From a virus, in the IMG/VR virus record IMGVR_UViG_3300046821_000076, positions 1 through 64,000 of that record: DNA of 64,000 nt; one strand, 5' to 3'. Positions 37,291 through 47,386 of this stretch are shown here, one piece after another (positions within the stretch are counted from its first letter, which is position 1; the number at the start of each line of letters is the position of its first letter). The notes under the pieces were generated by a model that saw nothing but the letters and a program-made list of their open reading frames with translations, was not told the DNA's origin and did not search any database. The position numbers and the translations under genes were made by a program.

Positions 37291-37857
37291 TTATTCATCC
37301 TCTAGTGCGTTAGTACGTGTCTGTAAGTCAGCAAGGTCTTTAAGCTCTTGCTCTGTTAGTGCCTGTAGTTCTACAACGCTATAAGCAGGTACACTACGCT
37401 TAGTTACTGTATCAGCTCCCTGGGCATTCTTTTTAGTAGTGAACTGCTGGTAAGTCTTTTCTTTAATAGCATTTACCAGAATCTGCTCTACATGCCATGG
37501 ACGACCAAAAGGAATATTACGAGTAATATTACCTACTACTGAGTTACCTGCAGTAAAGTAGTCACAATCATAATTAGTAGCTTTATTTGTATCCAATGGG
37601 GTGATCTGTACACGTACTAACTGCATAGCTTGTTTATATACTGAATCAGCCTTATCTTCTTGATCTGTACTTGATGCTTTAGCATCAGGAGCATCTAAAG
37701 ATTCACCTTCTTGAGCTAGTTGGATTTTCGCTTTAAGTGTTGTGAGTGAGATGTTGGCTTTATATGAAATACCCATCCGATCTGCTTGAGCTTTAAGGAT
37801 GTCAAGCTCAGTCTTTCCATTAACTGTAGGTGCTTCTTGAGTTGTTTCATTAGACAT
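37291..37857 (-). CDS. Conserved N4 gp55-like protein
   Basis: LKAQADRMGISY...LVRVQIT...WHV...LTEQELKDLA. Confidence 0.75.
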   Translation of the reverse strand: MSNETTQEAPTVNGKTELDILKAQADRMGISYKANISLTTLKAKIQLAQEGESLDAPDAKASSTDQEDKADSVYKQAMQLVRVQITPLDTNKATNYDCDYFTAGNSVVGNITRNIPFGRPWHVEQILVNAIKEKTYQQFTTKKNAQGADTVTKRSVPAYSVVELQALTEQELKDLADLQTRTNALEDE

Positions 37858-37892
37858 GTGATTACCTATGGGTTGATTGTTATATAGATGAG

Positions 37893-37915
37893 AAGGGGAG
37901 CAATGCTCCCCCTTT
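37893..37915 (-). terminator. Hairpin downstream of the major capsid gene
   Basis: AAGGGGAGC-AAT-GCTCCCCTT. Confidence 0.65.
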
Positions 37916-37924
37916 AGTTACTGC

Positions 37925-39094
37925 TTAGAGTTTAGCAGCAGTTTTGATTACTGCAAGGCGTTCTGCACGTAGTACCATGAAACCGTACCACCACTGCACA
38001 GACATGAAGCCTTTCTTACCGTATGGGTCACGATCAGATGCAGTCTCAATACCAGGCTTCTTGTGAATGATCTTGAACTTCACTGACTTAGCATCTGATT
38101 GGAAACCAATAGTAGTGAATGATTCAGAACCTACAACAAGTAACGGATAAACGTTTACTTTACCACCTGAAGTATGAACACCATCAGCATTAATACCTGC
38201 AGCACCTGAACCTTCCCAAGCCATCATTTGAGGGTTGATGACAATACGGAATTCATCAATCTGACCAATCTCACCTTTAAGTGGAGTTTGTCCTGAAGCA
38301 TATTGATGCGTAGGGATAAATGCAGGATTACCAAAGAAGTCAACCATCTTACGGAACGTATTCTTCATAGATGGACCAGCATACAAGATACGAGCAGCAG
38401 GTAACGTCTTAGTATCTACCATAGTAGAACCAGTATTAATCTTAGTATCTTTTGGAGTACGGTTGTTATCCAAAGTAGTAGCTAAGTTAACAAGAGTTGC
38501 ATAATCAACTACATCAGTTTTACCAATAGTTGCTGTAGTAGTAGCAGCGCCTGCAAAGATGTTTACACCTGCGTTAGAGATCAAATCTACTTGAAGTAAA
38601 TCTTCAGTGATTTGGTTCGCACCAATAAGCATCTCACGGTTAATGTGGGTCATTAGCTCAGCGTCTGTATCGAAGTTTACAGAATCTTCTGTGTAGTCAG
38701 AGAAGATACCGTAGTTCTGGAAAGTACCTTCAATAGTTTTACGAGTATAACCAGCACGGTTAACACGACCACCAGATTCAGAAATTACAGGCATCTTACC
38801 TATGATCTTACCAACATCTCGGCTAGAACCGTATAAGTTACCATTTACGGTAGTTGCACCTTGAGCATCTAAGCCTTCATCGTTTACGTTACGATCATCA
38901 AGTAAAGGTACATACACATAACGTACGATACGCTTACCATAATGCATTGGCATATCAGTAGTTGAAGCCAATGGAGTGAAGAACTGTTCGTGAGCAATCT
39001 CTGTTAACGCTTTACGTGCGTAGTAGAAATCTTGAAGTTGAGTACCTGCTGAAGACGGTTGTGCATTAGCAGGGTTGTTATATTGCTGAGTCAT
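37925..39094 (-). CDS. Major capsid protein (N4 gp56-like)
   Basis: MPMHYGKRI..YVPLLDDRNVND.G.DA.G...GNLYGSSRD; DPYG..GF.S..WWYG. Confidence 0.95.
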   Translation of the reverse strand: MTQQYNNPANAQPSSAGTQLQDFYYARKALTEIAHEQFFTPLASTTDMPMHYGKRIVRYVYVPLLDDRNVNDEGLDAQGATTVNGNLYGSSRDVGKIIGKMPVISESGGRVNRAGYTRKTIEGTFQNYGIFSDYTEDSVNFDTDAELMTHINREMLIGANQITEDLLQVDLISNAGVNIFAGAATTTATIGKTDVVDYATLVNLATTLDNNRTPKDTKINTGSTMVDTKTLPAARILYAGPSMKNTFRKMVDFFGNPAFIPTHQYASGQTPLKGEIGQIDEFRIVINPQMMAWEGSGAAGINADGVHTSGGKVNVYPLLVVGSESFTTIGFQSDAKSVKFKIIHKKPGIETASDRDPYGKKGFMSVQWWYGFMVLRAERLAVIKTAAKL

Positions 39095-39105
39095 GGGCTA
39101 TTACC

Positions 39106-40281
39106 TTATAAAAAGTTAGGATCAATCTTAGAGAATTCTTCATCACTCATAGTAAACAAGTCATGCGGTGTAGGCTTAGGCTTAGCACCTGGTTTAGCAG
39201 CATTAGATGGAGCTGCTGCTGCACGTCTAGCAGTATTACTTTGAGGTTGTTGTGCAGGTCGTTGAACAGGTCTAGCAATAGGTTGTTGTACCTGTGGGTT
39301 TACTCGAGGTTGTTCTTGGCTTGGAGTTGGCTCTCCTCCAAACATTTGAGAACCAATAGCATGATATGCTTGCAATGGAGTCATACCTTGAGGTAATCGT
39401 CCTAAATGCTGTAGCTTATCAACTTCTGCCATAACCTTATCAAAGATACCTAGCTGAGCATGTTCTACAAGTGATTTAAGAATTTGAGGTTGTGAGTACA
39501 CTTCCTGTTTGTCCGCTACAGTGCTGTTAGCAACGAATTGCATAACATCAGCATAGCGAGGTGAAGCACTAATACTTGAGATTACGTTTTGGAATTCATA
39601 TTCCTCATCAGTAATCTGAGCATCAGTAGGAGCGTAGCGATCAACAGAATCTTCATCTACAGAGTAGAGATCAATATCTGCTTGCTTCACTAAACTCGCA
39701 ATTGCTTCTGGCTTACGATTGTGAATATCAATCAATAAACCAAGGTCTTCTTGAGTAATCCCATGAGCTTCTAAAGCCTTTACCATCTTAAGAGCAGGTT
39801 TAAGCGTTGACATCTTAATATTGTAATCAATGCCTTTTTGCATAAGAGAGACTACATCATCAGCATTGTCTACTTGGAACTCTTTACCGCTTGCATTGAA
39901 CTTGGCTGTGACTTTGGTATAGAAGTCTGCAGCTGCAGTTGTGTCTTGGGTTGTTGGAGGAGTATCTTCAGCACTCTCTGCGTTAGGTGCTTCGCTTTGC
40001 TTAGCACTAACTTGAGGTGCTTCAGCTACTTCCTCTACGTGTGGTTTAGTAGGTTGCTGATAAAGGTTATCTTCTTCTTGTGCAGGAGGTTGAGAGATCG
40101 GGTCTGCTTCAGTATTTTCTTCAAGGTCTTCATCGCTGCCTTGCGCTACTAACTGTTCAGAAGTAGTTTCAAACGATCCATTGGTAAACTCAGGAAGTTT
40201 ACTTGGATCAATTCTATTAAACTCTTCATCAGTCATTTTACTTAACGCTTCAGGAGTTAAAGCCGAGTAGTCAATTGTCAT
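39106..40281 (-). CDS. N4 gp57-like protein (often annotated tape measure; scaffold-like)
   Basis: Acidic N-terminus; FNASGK..LMQKGIDY; MTDEEF/MSDEEF motif at both ends. Confidence 0.8.
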   Translation of the reverse strand: MTIDYSALTPEALSKMTDEEFNRIDPSKLPEFTNGSFETTSEQLVAQGSDEDLEENTEADPISQPPAQEEDNLYQQPTKPHVEEVAEAPQVSAKQSEAPNAESAEDTPPTTQDTTAAADFYTKVTAKFNASGKEFQVDNADDVVSLMQKGIDYNIKMSTLKPALKMVKALEAHGITQEDLGLLIDIHNRKPEAIASLVKQADIDLYSVDEDSVDRYAPTDAQITDEEYEFQNVISSISASPRYADVMQFVANSTVADKQEVYSQPQILKSLVEHAQLGIFDKVMAEVDKLQHLGRLPQGMTPLQAYHAIGSQMFGGEPTPSQEQPRVNPQVQQPIARPVQRPAQQPQSNTARRAAAAPSNAAKPGAKPKPTPHDLFTMSDEEFSKIDPNFL

Positions 40282-40289
40282 GTGTATTC

Positions 40290-40616
40290 CTAGAGTGTGA
40301 TTTGCTGTAGTGACTGAGATGCATCAGCTAATCTAACGTCAACAGTATCTACCAGATTTTCCATTTCTTTTAGAAAGCGGGAGAATGTAGCAATACTATT
40401 TAGCCTGTGCTCTAACAATGATTGTTGTTCCACTGTCATTGCTGGATTAGCTTTTGCTAGGACTAAGGATACCGCATAAGAGTTCAAGTAATAGTTTTCA
40501 ACTACTTTTCTAAAATCAGGATTAATACTCAATCTTTTAAAGGATTCAGCTAAATCTTTTTGAAGTCGTAATTCTCTTACTTCTTCTGCTAATTTACGCT
40601 CTTCTACGATATCCAT
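40290..40616 (-). CDS. N4 gp58-like hypothetical protein
   Basis: RL..NPDFRKVV...Y motif; lies between portal and gp57. Confidence 0.75.
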   Translation of the reverse strand: MDIVEERKLAEEVRELRLQKDLAESFKRLSINPDFRKVVENYYLNSYAVSLVLAKANPAMTVEQQSLLEHRLNSIATFSRFLKEMENLVDTVDVRLADASQSLQQITL

Positions 40617-40627
40617 AAGTTATTTAC

Positions 40628-42841
40628 TTACTCATAAGCACTACGTTGAGTTTTCTGCAAATTAGCTTTAATTTGTTCTTTAGTCAAGTCTGTTTGATTC
40701 TTTAAGAGATTTTGACTAAATAAGCTATCTTGCTTCAGCTGCTCTTTCTGTAAAGCTGCTTGTGATTGCTGACGAGATTGCTCTAAAGATTCTTCGTGTT
40801 TGATGCCTTCGGCATCCTTATAGAAGTCTAAATTGTTCTTGTCAGTGGTTGACTGCATATTAGCTGCACGAGCACCTTCAACATTAATCTTAGCTGCATT
40901 AAGTTGTGCTTTAGCTTCTGCTTCCATAGCTTGTGCCATAAGAAGTTTTGCTTCTGCTTGAGCTTTCTGTAACTCAGCTTCTTGCATAGCTTGTTGCATA
41001 GGATCAGGTTGTGGGTTGAAATTCTCTACAGCGTGAGCCAAGTCAGGAATCTTATATAGACGAGAAATCTTAGCAAGCAGCATCTTAGTAAATGACTGAT
41101 CTAAAGTATTACCAATAGTTTGAGTCATCATGCTGAGTACTTGAGCTTTTTGAGAATCTTCTTCAGGAGTAGATAAGTTAATACGTAGATCGAACTCTCC
41201 ACGTAAATCATCTCGCTTAATTGGAATAAAATTCTCATTAGTTACTCGTACAATTTCTTCTTCTTCTAAGAACACAGCATTCATTGCTAGGAACTTACGA
41301 GCTACTTCAACTAAACCATTACCTAATCTACGTACAATACCCATCTCTCGTTTAGAGGCAGCATCTAGTGCTCCACGTACAGCTTCAGCAGTCTGTCCCA
41401 TATTCACACCTGAAATACCAGACTGAGAGAATGCACGTACACCTGTTAAAGACTCAGCGTCTGAATTAACTAAGTTCATTAAGAAAGGTACTGTCTCAGG
41501 GATGTTAGGGAAGTTTTGAGTAAAGACTGTATTACGAATATCCCCAGCATTAGGGTTAAACTCGAAGTCGTCACCATTACGGAATTTATTAAAGTTAGTC
41601 GTATCCAAAGCACCTTTAGCAAAACCAGTCTGTCCTGCTGAGTTCTTAGCTACTAGGTCTATTACAGCTCGTAATACAGCACCTTGGATACGTTGATTAT
41701 CAATTAATAACTCTGCATCAGGTTCCCCGTATAATGAATCTTTTACGGGCATAAAAGGGATGAATACAAAAGGAAACTTCTTATCGGGGTATGGATTTTC
41801 TTCCATACGGATAATAGTGTCACCTACCCATGTACATACGATAGGGCGAGCAATACCATCAGAATTAATATCATAATATCCCCAATACTCGTAACAGAAT
41901 AGTTTCTGCCTAGCTTCGTCTTTAAATTTGAAGTTACTTGCTGTTGAGGTTCTCTGATATTCCGATGCATTATCTGCAGGTGTTGTTGTTGCGTTTTGTA
42001 CATTGATGTTCTCCAAGTTAGTGTAGATACCTGCGCGTTTCAAATCAGACATTGAAGTTTCAAACTTGTAGATAACAAAACTTGCCTTATTTAAATCACC
42101 ATTACAGGTGGGGTCTACATATACATCATCAAAATGACATACATCAACTGTAGGATGATTTCGGATAACTTTCATTGTAGTTTGCGTTTCAGTTCCGTCT
42201 TCATAAACACGAACTGGTTGCTGAGCTTCTTGGCTTAACTGAATACTCATCTTCTCTGCTTCAGTCAATTCTGCTTCAAGTGCAGGATTTGCTTGAAGTT
42301 CTTGCATCAACCCTTGAAGTTCTTCCATATAAGTAGGATCAATGACCTGCATATACTTTGGTACTTCTTCTGTAACCTCTTCTTCTACAGTATTCCAACC
42401 TGTACGTAAGATTGCAGTACCTTCATCAACTAAAGCACGTACCATAGTATCTACAAAACGTATCTTATCAATCTGAGTATCAAACTGTTTATTAATAATA
42501 AGCTCATTCTGGTAAGCTGATTTCGTATCTTCCCACGATGTAGGACTAATATTATATAAATCTGTTGAAGCCAGTAACACTTCAGTCAGTGCAGAATACC
42601 TCCACTCATTCTGTTTACGAATAAGCTTTGGAGCAATAGTACTTTTATTAGGTATTTTGAGGGGTGCGTGTTTTCCGCGTAAATGAAGAGCATCAAGCCA
42701 ATTAGTTATCTTAGCCGTCTGTGTTTTATGATACTCGTCTGCTGCACTAAGATCAGCTTTAAGATTAGTAACTGCTGGGGGATTCTTCCAGTCTGTTAAC
42801 TTATCTTTCGTATCTTGAGGGGATAGATCAATATTTTCCAT
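40628..42841 (-). CDS. Portal protein (N4 gp59-like)
   Basis: KLTDWKNPP, PKLIRKQNEWRYSAL, YEYWG, ENPYPD, ALDAASKRE. Confidence 0.95.
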   Translation of the reverse strand: MENIDLSPQDTKDKLTDWKNPPAVTNLKADLSAADEYHKTQTAKITNWLDALHLRGKHAPLKIPNKSTIAPKLIRKQNEWRYSALTEVLLASTDLYNISPTSWEDTKSAYQNELIINKQFDTQIDKIRFVDTMVRALVDEGTAILRTGWNTVEEEVTEEVPKYMQVIDPTYMEELQGLMQELQANPALEAELTEAEKMSIQLSQEAQQPVRVYEDGTETQTTMKVIRNHPTVDVCHFDDVYVDPTCNGDLNKASFVIYKFETSMSDLKRAGIYTNLENINVQNATTTPADNASEYQRTSTASNFKFKDEARQKLFCYEYWGYYDINSDGIARPIVCTWVGDTIIRMEENPYPDKKFPFVFIPFMPVKDSLYGEPDAELLIDNQRIQGAVLRAVIDLVAKNSAGQTGFAKGALDTTNFNKFRNGDDFEFNPNAGDIRNTVFTQNFPNIPETVPFLMNLVNSDAESLTGVRAFSQSGISGVNMGQTAEAVRGALDAASKREMGIVRRLGNGLVEVARKFLAMNAVFLEEEEIVRVTNENFIPIKRDDLRGEFDLRINLSTPEEDSQKAQVLSMMTQTIGNTLDQSFTKMLLAKISRLYKIPDLAHAVENFNPQPDPMQQAMQEAELQKAQAEAKLLMAQAMEAEAKAQLNAAKINVEGARAANMQSTTDKNNLDFYKDAEGIKHEESLEQSRQQSQAALQKEQLKQDSLFSQNLLKNQTDLTKEQIKANLQKTQRSAYE

Positions 42842-42926
42842 TAAAGTAGCCTATTGTAAATACTTCATTGGATTATAGTTGACTCTATTAATATTACTAC
42901 TTAATATTCATCTAGTGCCATCGTAA

Positions 42927-42961
42927 CTACCCCCTTACTTTCCGAGAAGTTTGGGGGTTTT
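42927..42961. terminator. Hairpin between the gp67-like gene and portal
   Basis: CCCCC...ACTT-TCCGAG-AAGT...GGGGG. Confidence 0.45.
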
Positions 42962-42965
42962 CACT

Positions 42966-43670
42966 TTATACCCAACCTCCTCGAGTAAAATTAGATACTT
43001 CGTTAAATGACTTAGCTCCTGCAAGATTCGCTTTAAGCCTATTACATTCTTCTTCGTACATTGATCTCCAGTTATTACCTTCATGGAACATACTACGTGC
43101 TACAGACTCAGCACCTGCAGGGTTATAAACCTTAGCAGCTACGTAATAACAAAGAGCATTCAAATACGTTAAAGGAAGTGGTATCTCAACCGTCTTAGGA
43201 TCAATGGTATCGATGTCATCCAAACTAATATGCGTGGCATCTCCTTTGTACACGATGTGGTATACACCTGCGCAAGGTACATGTGAGAAAAATAACTCAT
43301 TGTAAGAAGCATGACATAAAGAAGGATTGCTAGAGTGAGAAGAGACATTACCATAAGGTCCTGTTGTAGGAGTGAGAGAAGAGGTTACACTGTTTAGACT
43401 ATATACTTTACCTTCGGGTGTAGTCATCCGAAGTACTTCCAACACATCAGCACTTAAAACGTAATGCTGAACATCTTCAGTTACTTCTAAATCAAGTACA
43501 CCTTCTTTAATACTGAATCTCTGATATAGATCAGACAATCCTGAATTAATTAGAGTAGTTATCCTACGTCTATATCTAGGAAGTATATCTCCACCTTCAT
43601 CTGCCATTTCGTAGGTAAACACCTCACTAGCAGCTAAAGTTTCAAATATCTTAGAAAGCTTCATAAGCAC
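42966..43670 (-). CDS. Virion adaptor/structural protein (N4 gp67-like)
   Basis: INSGLSDLYQRF; LNALCYYVAAK; ends GWV; next to terminase. Confidence 0.75.
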   Translation of the reverse strand: MLMKLSKIFETLAASEVFTYEMADEGGDILPRYRRRITTLINSGLSDLYQRFSIKEGVLDLEVTEDVQHYVLSADVLEVLRMTTPEGKVYSLNSVTSSLTPTTGPYGNVSSHSSNPSLCHASYNELFFSHVPCAGVYHIVYKGDATHISLDDIDTIDPKTVEIPLPLTYLNALCYYVAAKVYNPAGAESVARSMFHEGNNWRSMYEEECNRLKANLAGAKSFNEVSNFTRGGWV

Positions 43671-45287
43671 CTATACAATATAGTTTTTGAGAGCTGATTC
43701 ACTACTAGACTCCAAAGGACTTGAAGACCATAGATTAGAATCAGGGTTATAGGATAGCTCTTGTGACTGGGAAGGTACAATAATATGCATACAACCAAGC
43801 ATAGATATCGTATCTATAAAGTCATCATGTTTGGATTTTAAACCATTAGATGAAGCTAAGCGTAATTCTTCCATAGCCTCAATAAGTACAGGAGTGTCCT
43901 GTAACTCTTCAGGGAAGAACATATTACCTGCATTAAACCAAGGCACTACTACATAAAACCTCTGCAGTTTATCCACACTAGGTCTAATACCCGGCTTATT
44001 AGAGTTATTACTAGAAGCAAAGTTAAAGTAAATCTGCCTACGTACTTGCTCTTTTTTAAGCCAAGGAATAAAGCCTTCTTGTTGTCCTGATACTTCAATA
44101 CCAACACTGAGAGGTTTGTACTTACTACAGAAACCAAATAAATCCTCTACATTCTTATCCATAGTCTGACGCTTACAGACACCATCAACATAGTAGAATT
44201 GATTCAGATGGTTTACTGCCCACACAGATATTACTGAGTAATCTGCAGACTGCTTCTCAGAGGTAGCAAAGTCAGTAGTAATATAATAATTATATGTAGA
44301 CTTATTCTTCAATAGATCATTACGACTATACCAATTCACATCTGCTTCAGATACCAACCTGTCCTCATCAGACATAATACGTAGCATAAGTTCTTGGTTA
44401 AAACCTTTAAGTCTTCCTAAGTTCTTAGCTTCTTCATATTTACGTCTTACATGCGCATAGGTAAAACGATTCTCCCAAGCACCTTTAAATTCTTCTTCAG
44501 TGCAAGGAAACTTCTCACATACTGGATAGCAGTTAACAGCCCACGAACCAGACTCGATAGCTTCATACAGTGGATCACTAGCATTGAAGGGTGTACCGGA
44601 CCAGATTGTTTTACTACCCATTGGGTGCATTGCGTGGTCAATAGCGTTATGGACTGTATCTTTAATCTTATCAATACACGTCTGAGAGCGAGCATCTTCG
44701 TCTGAAACCACGTCATCAATGATAGCTAGTTGAGGACGTACACCCATCTCTTTAACACCACGTACACCGGTCTGACCGCCATAACCTTTAACAATAAAAC
44801 GATTACCTGACGCGTTATTAAACTCCCAACGAATGTCAGTAAACTTAGCATGAGGAATAGCCTTCATTAAGAAAGATGAGTTCTCTCTACGATATTCTAA
44901 GTTTTTACGCATGTTCTTAACACCGTTCTCTACAGAGTCAGAAACATAGATTGCTAGGTTAATTTTACCGAATGTAGGTAGTTGTCCAAACACAGCCAAG
45001 TAAAGTAAAAGATATTCACCTAGTACAGTGGTCTTAGCAGCACCACGGAAAACCATATTAGCAATCTTAGGAGTGTCTAAACGGTCAATCTGATCTAGCA
45101 TTTTTAAGTGTAATACAGGAGTAGTATTTTCTTCACCACTACCACCATTAACTAGCTTAATGAAGTTAACAAAAGCCAAGGCAAAAGCACTAGGTTTATA
45201 AGTTAAATCATCACCGTAGTTAACTTGGTTTAGCCATTGATCTACAGACTGTTTAACTAAACCAAGAGAGTTGAGCTTACTCGCCAT
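43671..45287 (-). CDS. terL: Terminase large subunit (N4 gp68-like)
   Basis: FRGAAKTT; RPQLAIIDD; TDFATS; HDDFIDTISM nuclease end. Confidence 0.95.
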   Translation of the reverse strand: MASKLNSLGLVKQSVDQWLNQVNYGDDLTYKPSAFALAFVNFIKLVNGGSGEENTTPVLHLKMLDQIDRLDTPKIANMVFRGAAKTTVLGEYLLLYLAVFGQLPTFGKINLAIYVSDSVENGVKNMRKNLEYRRENSSFLMKAIPHAKFTDIRWEFNNASGNRFIVKGYGGQTGVRGVKEMGVRPQLAIIDDVVSDEDARSQTCIDKIKDTVHNAIDHAMHPMGSKTIWSGTPFNASDPLYEAIESGSWAVNCYPVCEKFPCTEEEFKGAWENRFTYAHVRRKYEEAKNLGRLKGFNQELMLRIMSDEDRLVSEADVNWYSRNDLLKNKSTYNYYITTDFATSEKQSADYSVISVWAVNHLNQFYYVDGVCKRQTMDKNVEDLFGFCSKYKPLSVGIEVSGQQEGFIPWLKKEQVRRQIYFNFASSNNSNKPGIRPSVDKLQRFYVVVPWFNAGNMFFPEELQDTPVLIEAMEELRLASSNGLKSKHDDFIDTISMLGCMHIIVPSQSQELSYNPDSNLWSSSPLESSSESALKNYIV

Positions 45288-45960
45288 CTTCTACCTCTGC
45301 TTGAATAATACGTGATTCAGCTACTTGCTTAGCATTGCTAATATTGGAATCAATAGCATCTTTTTGAGCAGTTGCTAAGGCATATACCTGATCTTGTAAC
45401 TGCTTAATATAATCTGTCTCTTGAATACCAATATTAAGGTTAATTTGCTTATTTTCAGGCTGTTTTAGATGAGAAAGTAATGAGTTAGCAGCATCACTTC
45501 TAACCTTCTCAGAAGCTGCATTATTCATTAAATAAAACTGAGTATTGATAGCTGCTTGAAACTTATCTTGATTCAGAATATGAGTAGGTACAATTGCCTG
45601 CTCATAAACCAAGTTCACAAGCTTATTATTGTTATACCCTGCTACGTGTGCAGAAATGTCTTTAGGTGACTTACCTAGTTGTAACCACCCTTGCATCTTA
45701 GCTGGAAATACTTTTGCATATGAATCTACGTTGGAATGTCCCATCACTTTATAAGATACATACATGACAGCATTCATATAATCACTAAGTTTAAACCTAC
45801 CCTCACTCAATACTTTGTTATATGAGAGCATATTATCTCTAAACGCGTCTCGCATATCAGGATCAGTGAGCACAGCATTAAGATCATCTAGTACTTGATC
45901 GTTAATACTCTTATGTACTGTAGGAGGTAGCGCTTCTTTTAACTGTTGCTTAGTAAACAT
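45277..45960 (-). CDS. N4 gp69-like conserved protein (possible small terminase)
   Basis: AVMYVSYK; YNNNKLVN; SEKVRSDAANSLL.HLK.PE. Confidence 0.75.
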   Translation of the reverse strand: MFTKQQLKEALPPTVHKSINDQVLDDLNAVLTDPDMRDAFRDNMLSYNKVLSEGRFKLSDYMNAVMYVSYKVMGHSNVDSYAKVFPAKMQGWLQLGKSPKDISAHVAGYNNNKLVNLVYEQAIVPTHILNQDKFQAAINTQFYLMNNAASEKVRSDAANSLLSHLKQPENKQINLNIGIQETDYIKQLQDQVYALATAQKDAIDSNISNAKQVAESRIIQAEVEDGE

Positions 45961-46036
45961 AGCAGTCCTTAGTAATTACTTGTAAGATACTGCAGAGTTA
46001 TACACTTTTTAACCCAATATTAAAAGGAAACTAAGT

Positions 46037-46306
46037 ATGCCCCAAAGAGTAACTGTATTAGGGGAGCATTTAAAATTAATGCTACCTGACCATGTTTACG
46101 AGTTCTTAGGAAGAGGTTCTCTATTCAGCTACCAGTCTTACGGCACCGGCACAGCAACGGTAGAAGTGTCTAATGACCTAGAGAACTGGATTACATTATT
46201 TGATGTTTCAGGGGCGGATAGTGTTGTGTTAATGCATCCCTGGAAGTACCAAAAAGTATCTAATCCTATAGACTTAGAAGTATACGTATTACAAGGGAGA
46301 CACTAA
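46037..46306 (+). CDS. Small beta-sandwich protein A1
   Basis: GTATVEVSND..NWITL; paralog of 46452..46712; AAGGAA RBS. Confidence 0.75.
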   Translation: MPQRVTVLGEHLKLMLPDHVYEFLGRGSLFSYQSYGTGTATVEVSNDLENWITLFDVSGADSVVLMHPWKYQKVSNPIDLEVYVLQGRH

Positions 46307-46452
46307 TGATTATTGTAAACCCAAAAGCTGTGTACCCTATGCAAATGCGTCAGTTTGAAACTAATGCCCAAGCTTTAGCGGCAGGGCTTACTGTAGGTAC
46401 TTTGTACCATAACGCATTAGGTCAGGTATTTGTAGTTATGGAGGCTGTTTAA
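46306..46452 (+). CDS. 48-aa protein B1 (not in the ORF track)
   Basis: MIIVNPKAVYPMQMRQFETNAQALAAGLTVGTLYHNALGQVFVVMEAV; TAATG overlaps at both ends; GGAG RBS. Confidence 0.7.
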   Translation: MIIVNPKAVYPMQMRQFETNAQALAAGLTVGTLYHNALGQVFVVMEAV

Positions 46453-46712
46453 TGAATCCAATCATAGCAGTTTTAGGTGAAGACACTGTAAGTTTAAAGT
46501 CTGATTTTATCTATGAGTTTATGGGTAGAGGTTTTGTATACACCTACCAAACTGTAGGTGAAGGTACTGCTACCGTAGAAGTATCAAACGATAAATCTAA
46601 CTGGATTACCTTAGCAGTATTTACTGACGCAGACTCCGCCGTACTAGCACATACCTGGGCATACCAACGCCTTACACCTACAACACTAACAATTACTGTA
46701 CGGAGAGATTAA
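46452..46712 (+). CDS. Small beta-sandwich protein A2
   Basis: VLGE...YEF.GRG..Y.YQ..G.GTATVEVSND..NWITL shared with A1. Confidence 0.75.
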   Translation: MNPIIAVLGEDTVSLKSDFIYEFMGRGFVYTYQTVGEGTATVEVSNDKSNWITLAVFTDADSAVLAHTWAYQRLTPTTLTITVRRD

Positions 46713-46999
46713 TGGCAGTTGTTAACCCACAAGCGGTATTAAATCCAATACCTCTAACACGTACCCAAGTATCCGTAGCTCCAGCAACGATTGCAGCAAA
46801 GGATACATTAAGAATTGCAGTTCCAGTACAAGGAACAACTACTCTACATTTTGCTAACGCTGCTCTTTCATTCAACAATGTTAACCTATCACTTGCTACA
46901 AAATCAGACGTAAACACTGTATATGTATTTATTACTAATACTAGTAATAATCCAATCAATTTAACTAGCAGTACTCTTGCAGTTGCAACGTATACCTAA
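46712..46999 (+). CDS. Protein B2
   Basis: MAVVNPQAV N-terminus like B1, then a beta-rich domain. Confidence 0.7.
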   Translation: MAVVNPQAVLNPIPLTRTQVSVAPATIAAKDTLRIAVPVQGTTTLHFANAALSFNNVNLSLATKSDVNTVYVFITNTSNNPINLTSSTLAVATYT

Positions 47000-47020
47000 A
47001 CACCTCTTAAACCAATAAGA

Positions 47021-47048
47021 ATAACCTCCTACTTAGGGGGTTATTTTA
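47021..47048 (+). terminator. Intrinsic terminator
   Basis: ATAACCTCC-TACTTA-GGGGGTTAT-TTT. Confidence 0.75.
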
Positions 47049-47063
47049 TATCTACAGTATGAT

Positions 47064-47275
47064 CACTGAAAAGTTTTTAACTTTTTACTTATTTTTTTAT
47101 TTTGAAATTTGAGATACGTATTACTAGTATGAAGACTAAACACTAGGGAACTTTTTCACATTTTTCATTTCTTAGTACCACTGTAAAAGTTTTCAACTTT
47201 TTCACATTTTCTATTTTTGGGTACAGAGGTAGGGGTTACTACCACTACCCACCTACCTACCGATACTACCCCCCT
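47064..47275. repeat. Short repeats in the probable genome-terminus region
   Basis: AACTTTTTCACATTTT at 47149 and 47195; CACTG(T)AAAAGTTTT at 47064 and 47179; five CTACC copies in 47239-47270. Confidence 0.6.
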
Positions 47276-47320
47276 ATTCAAATTCTGAAAAAGGATTCTT
47301 ACCCTTACCTGGATTAATCA

Positions 47321-47346
47321 AATAGATTCTATTGTCTAGTGTGTGG
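47321..47346 (+). promoter_or_regulatory. Candidate early promoter 1
   Basis: AATAG-ATT-CTATT hairpin overlapping TTGTCTAGTGTGTGG. Confidence 0.5.
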
Positions 47347-47386
47347 ATAATTCTGTCCAATATACGTATATAAGAGAGATATCAAA

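Noticed and set aside
17522-45960. Short antisense or alternate-frame ORFs in the track (e.g. 19899..20282, 26094..26453, 34083..34442, 39838..40152)
   Set aside because: Shadows of long genes, with no RBS or recognisable motifs.
46290-46720. Programmed -1 frameshift fusing A and B genes
   Set aside because: No slippery heptamer seen; TAATG overlaps with their own RBSs fit translational coupling.
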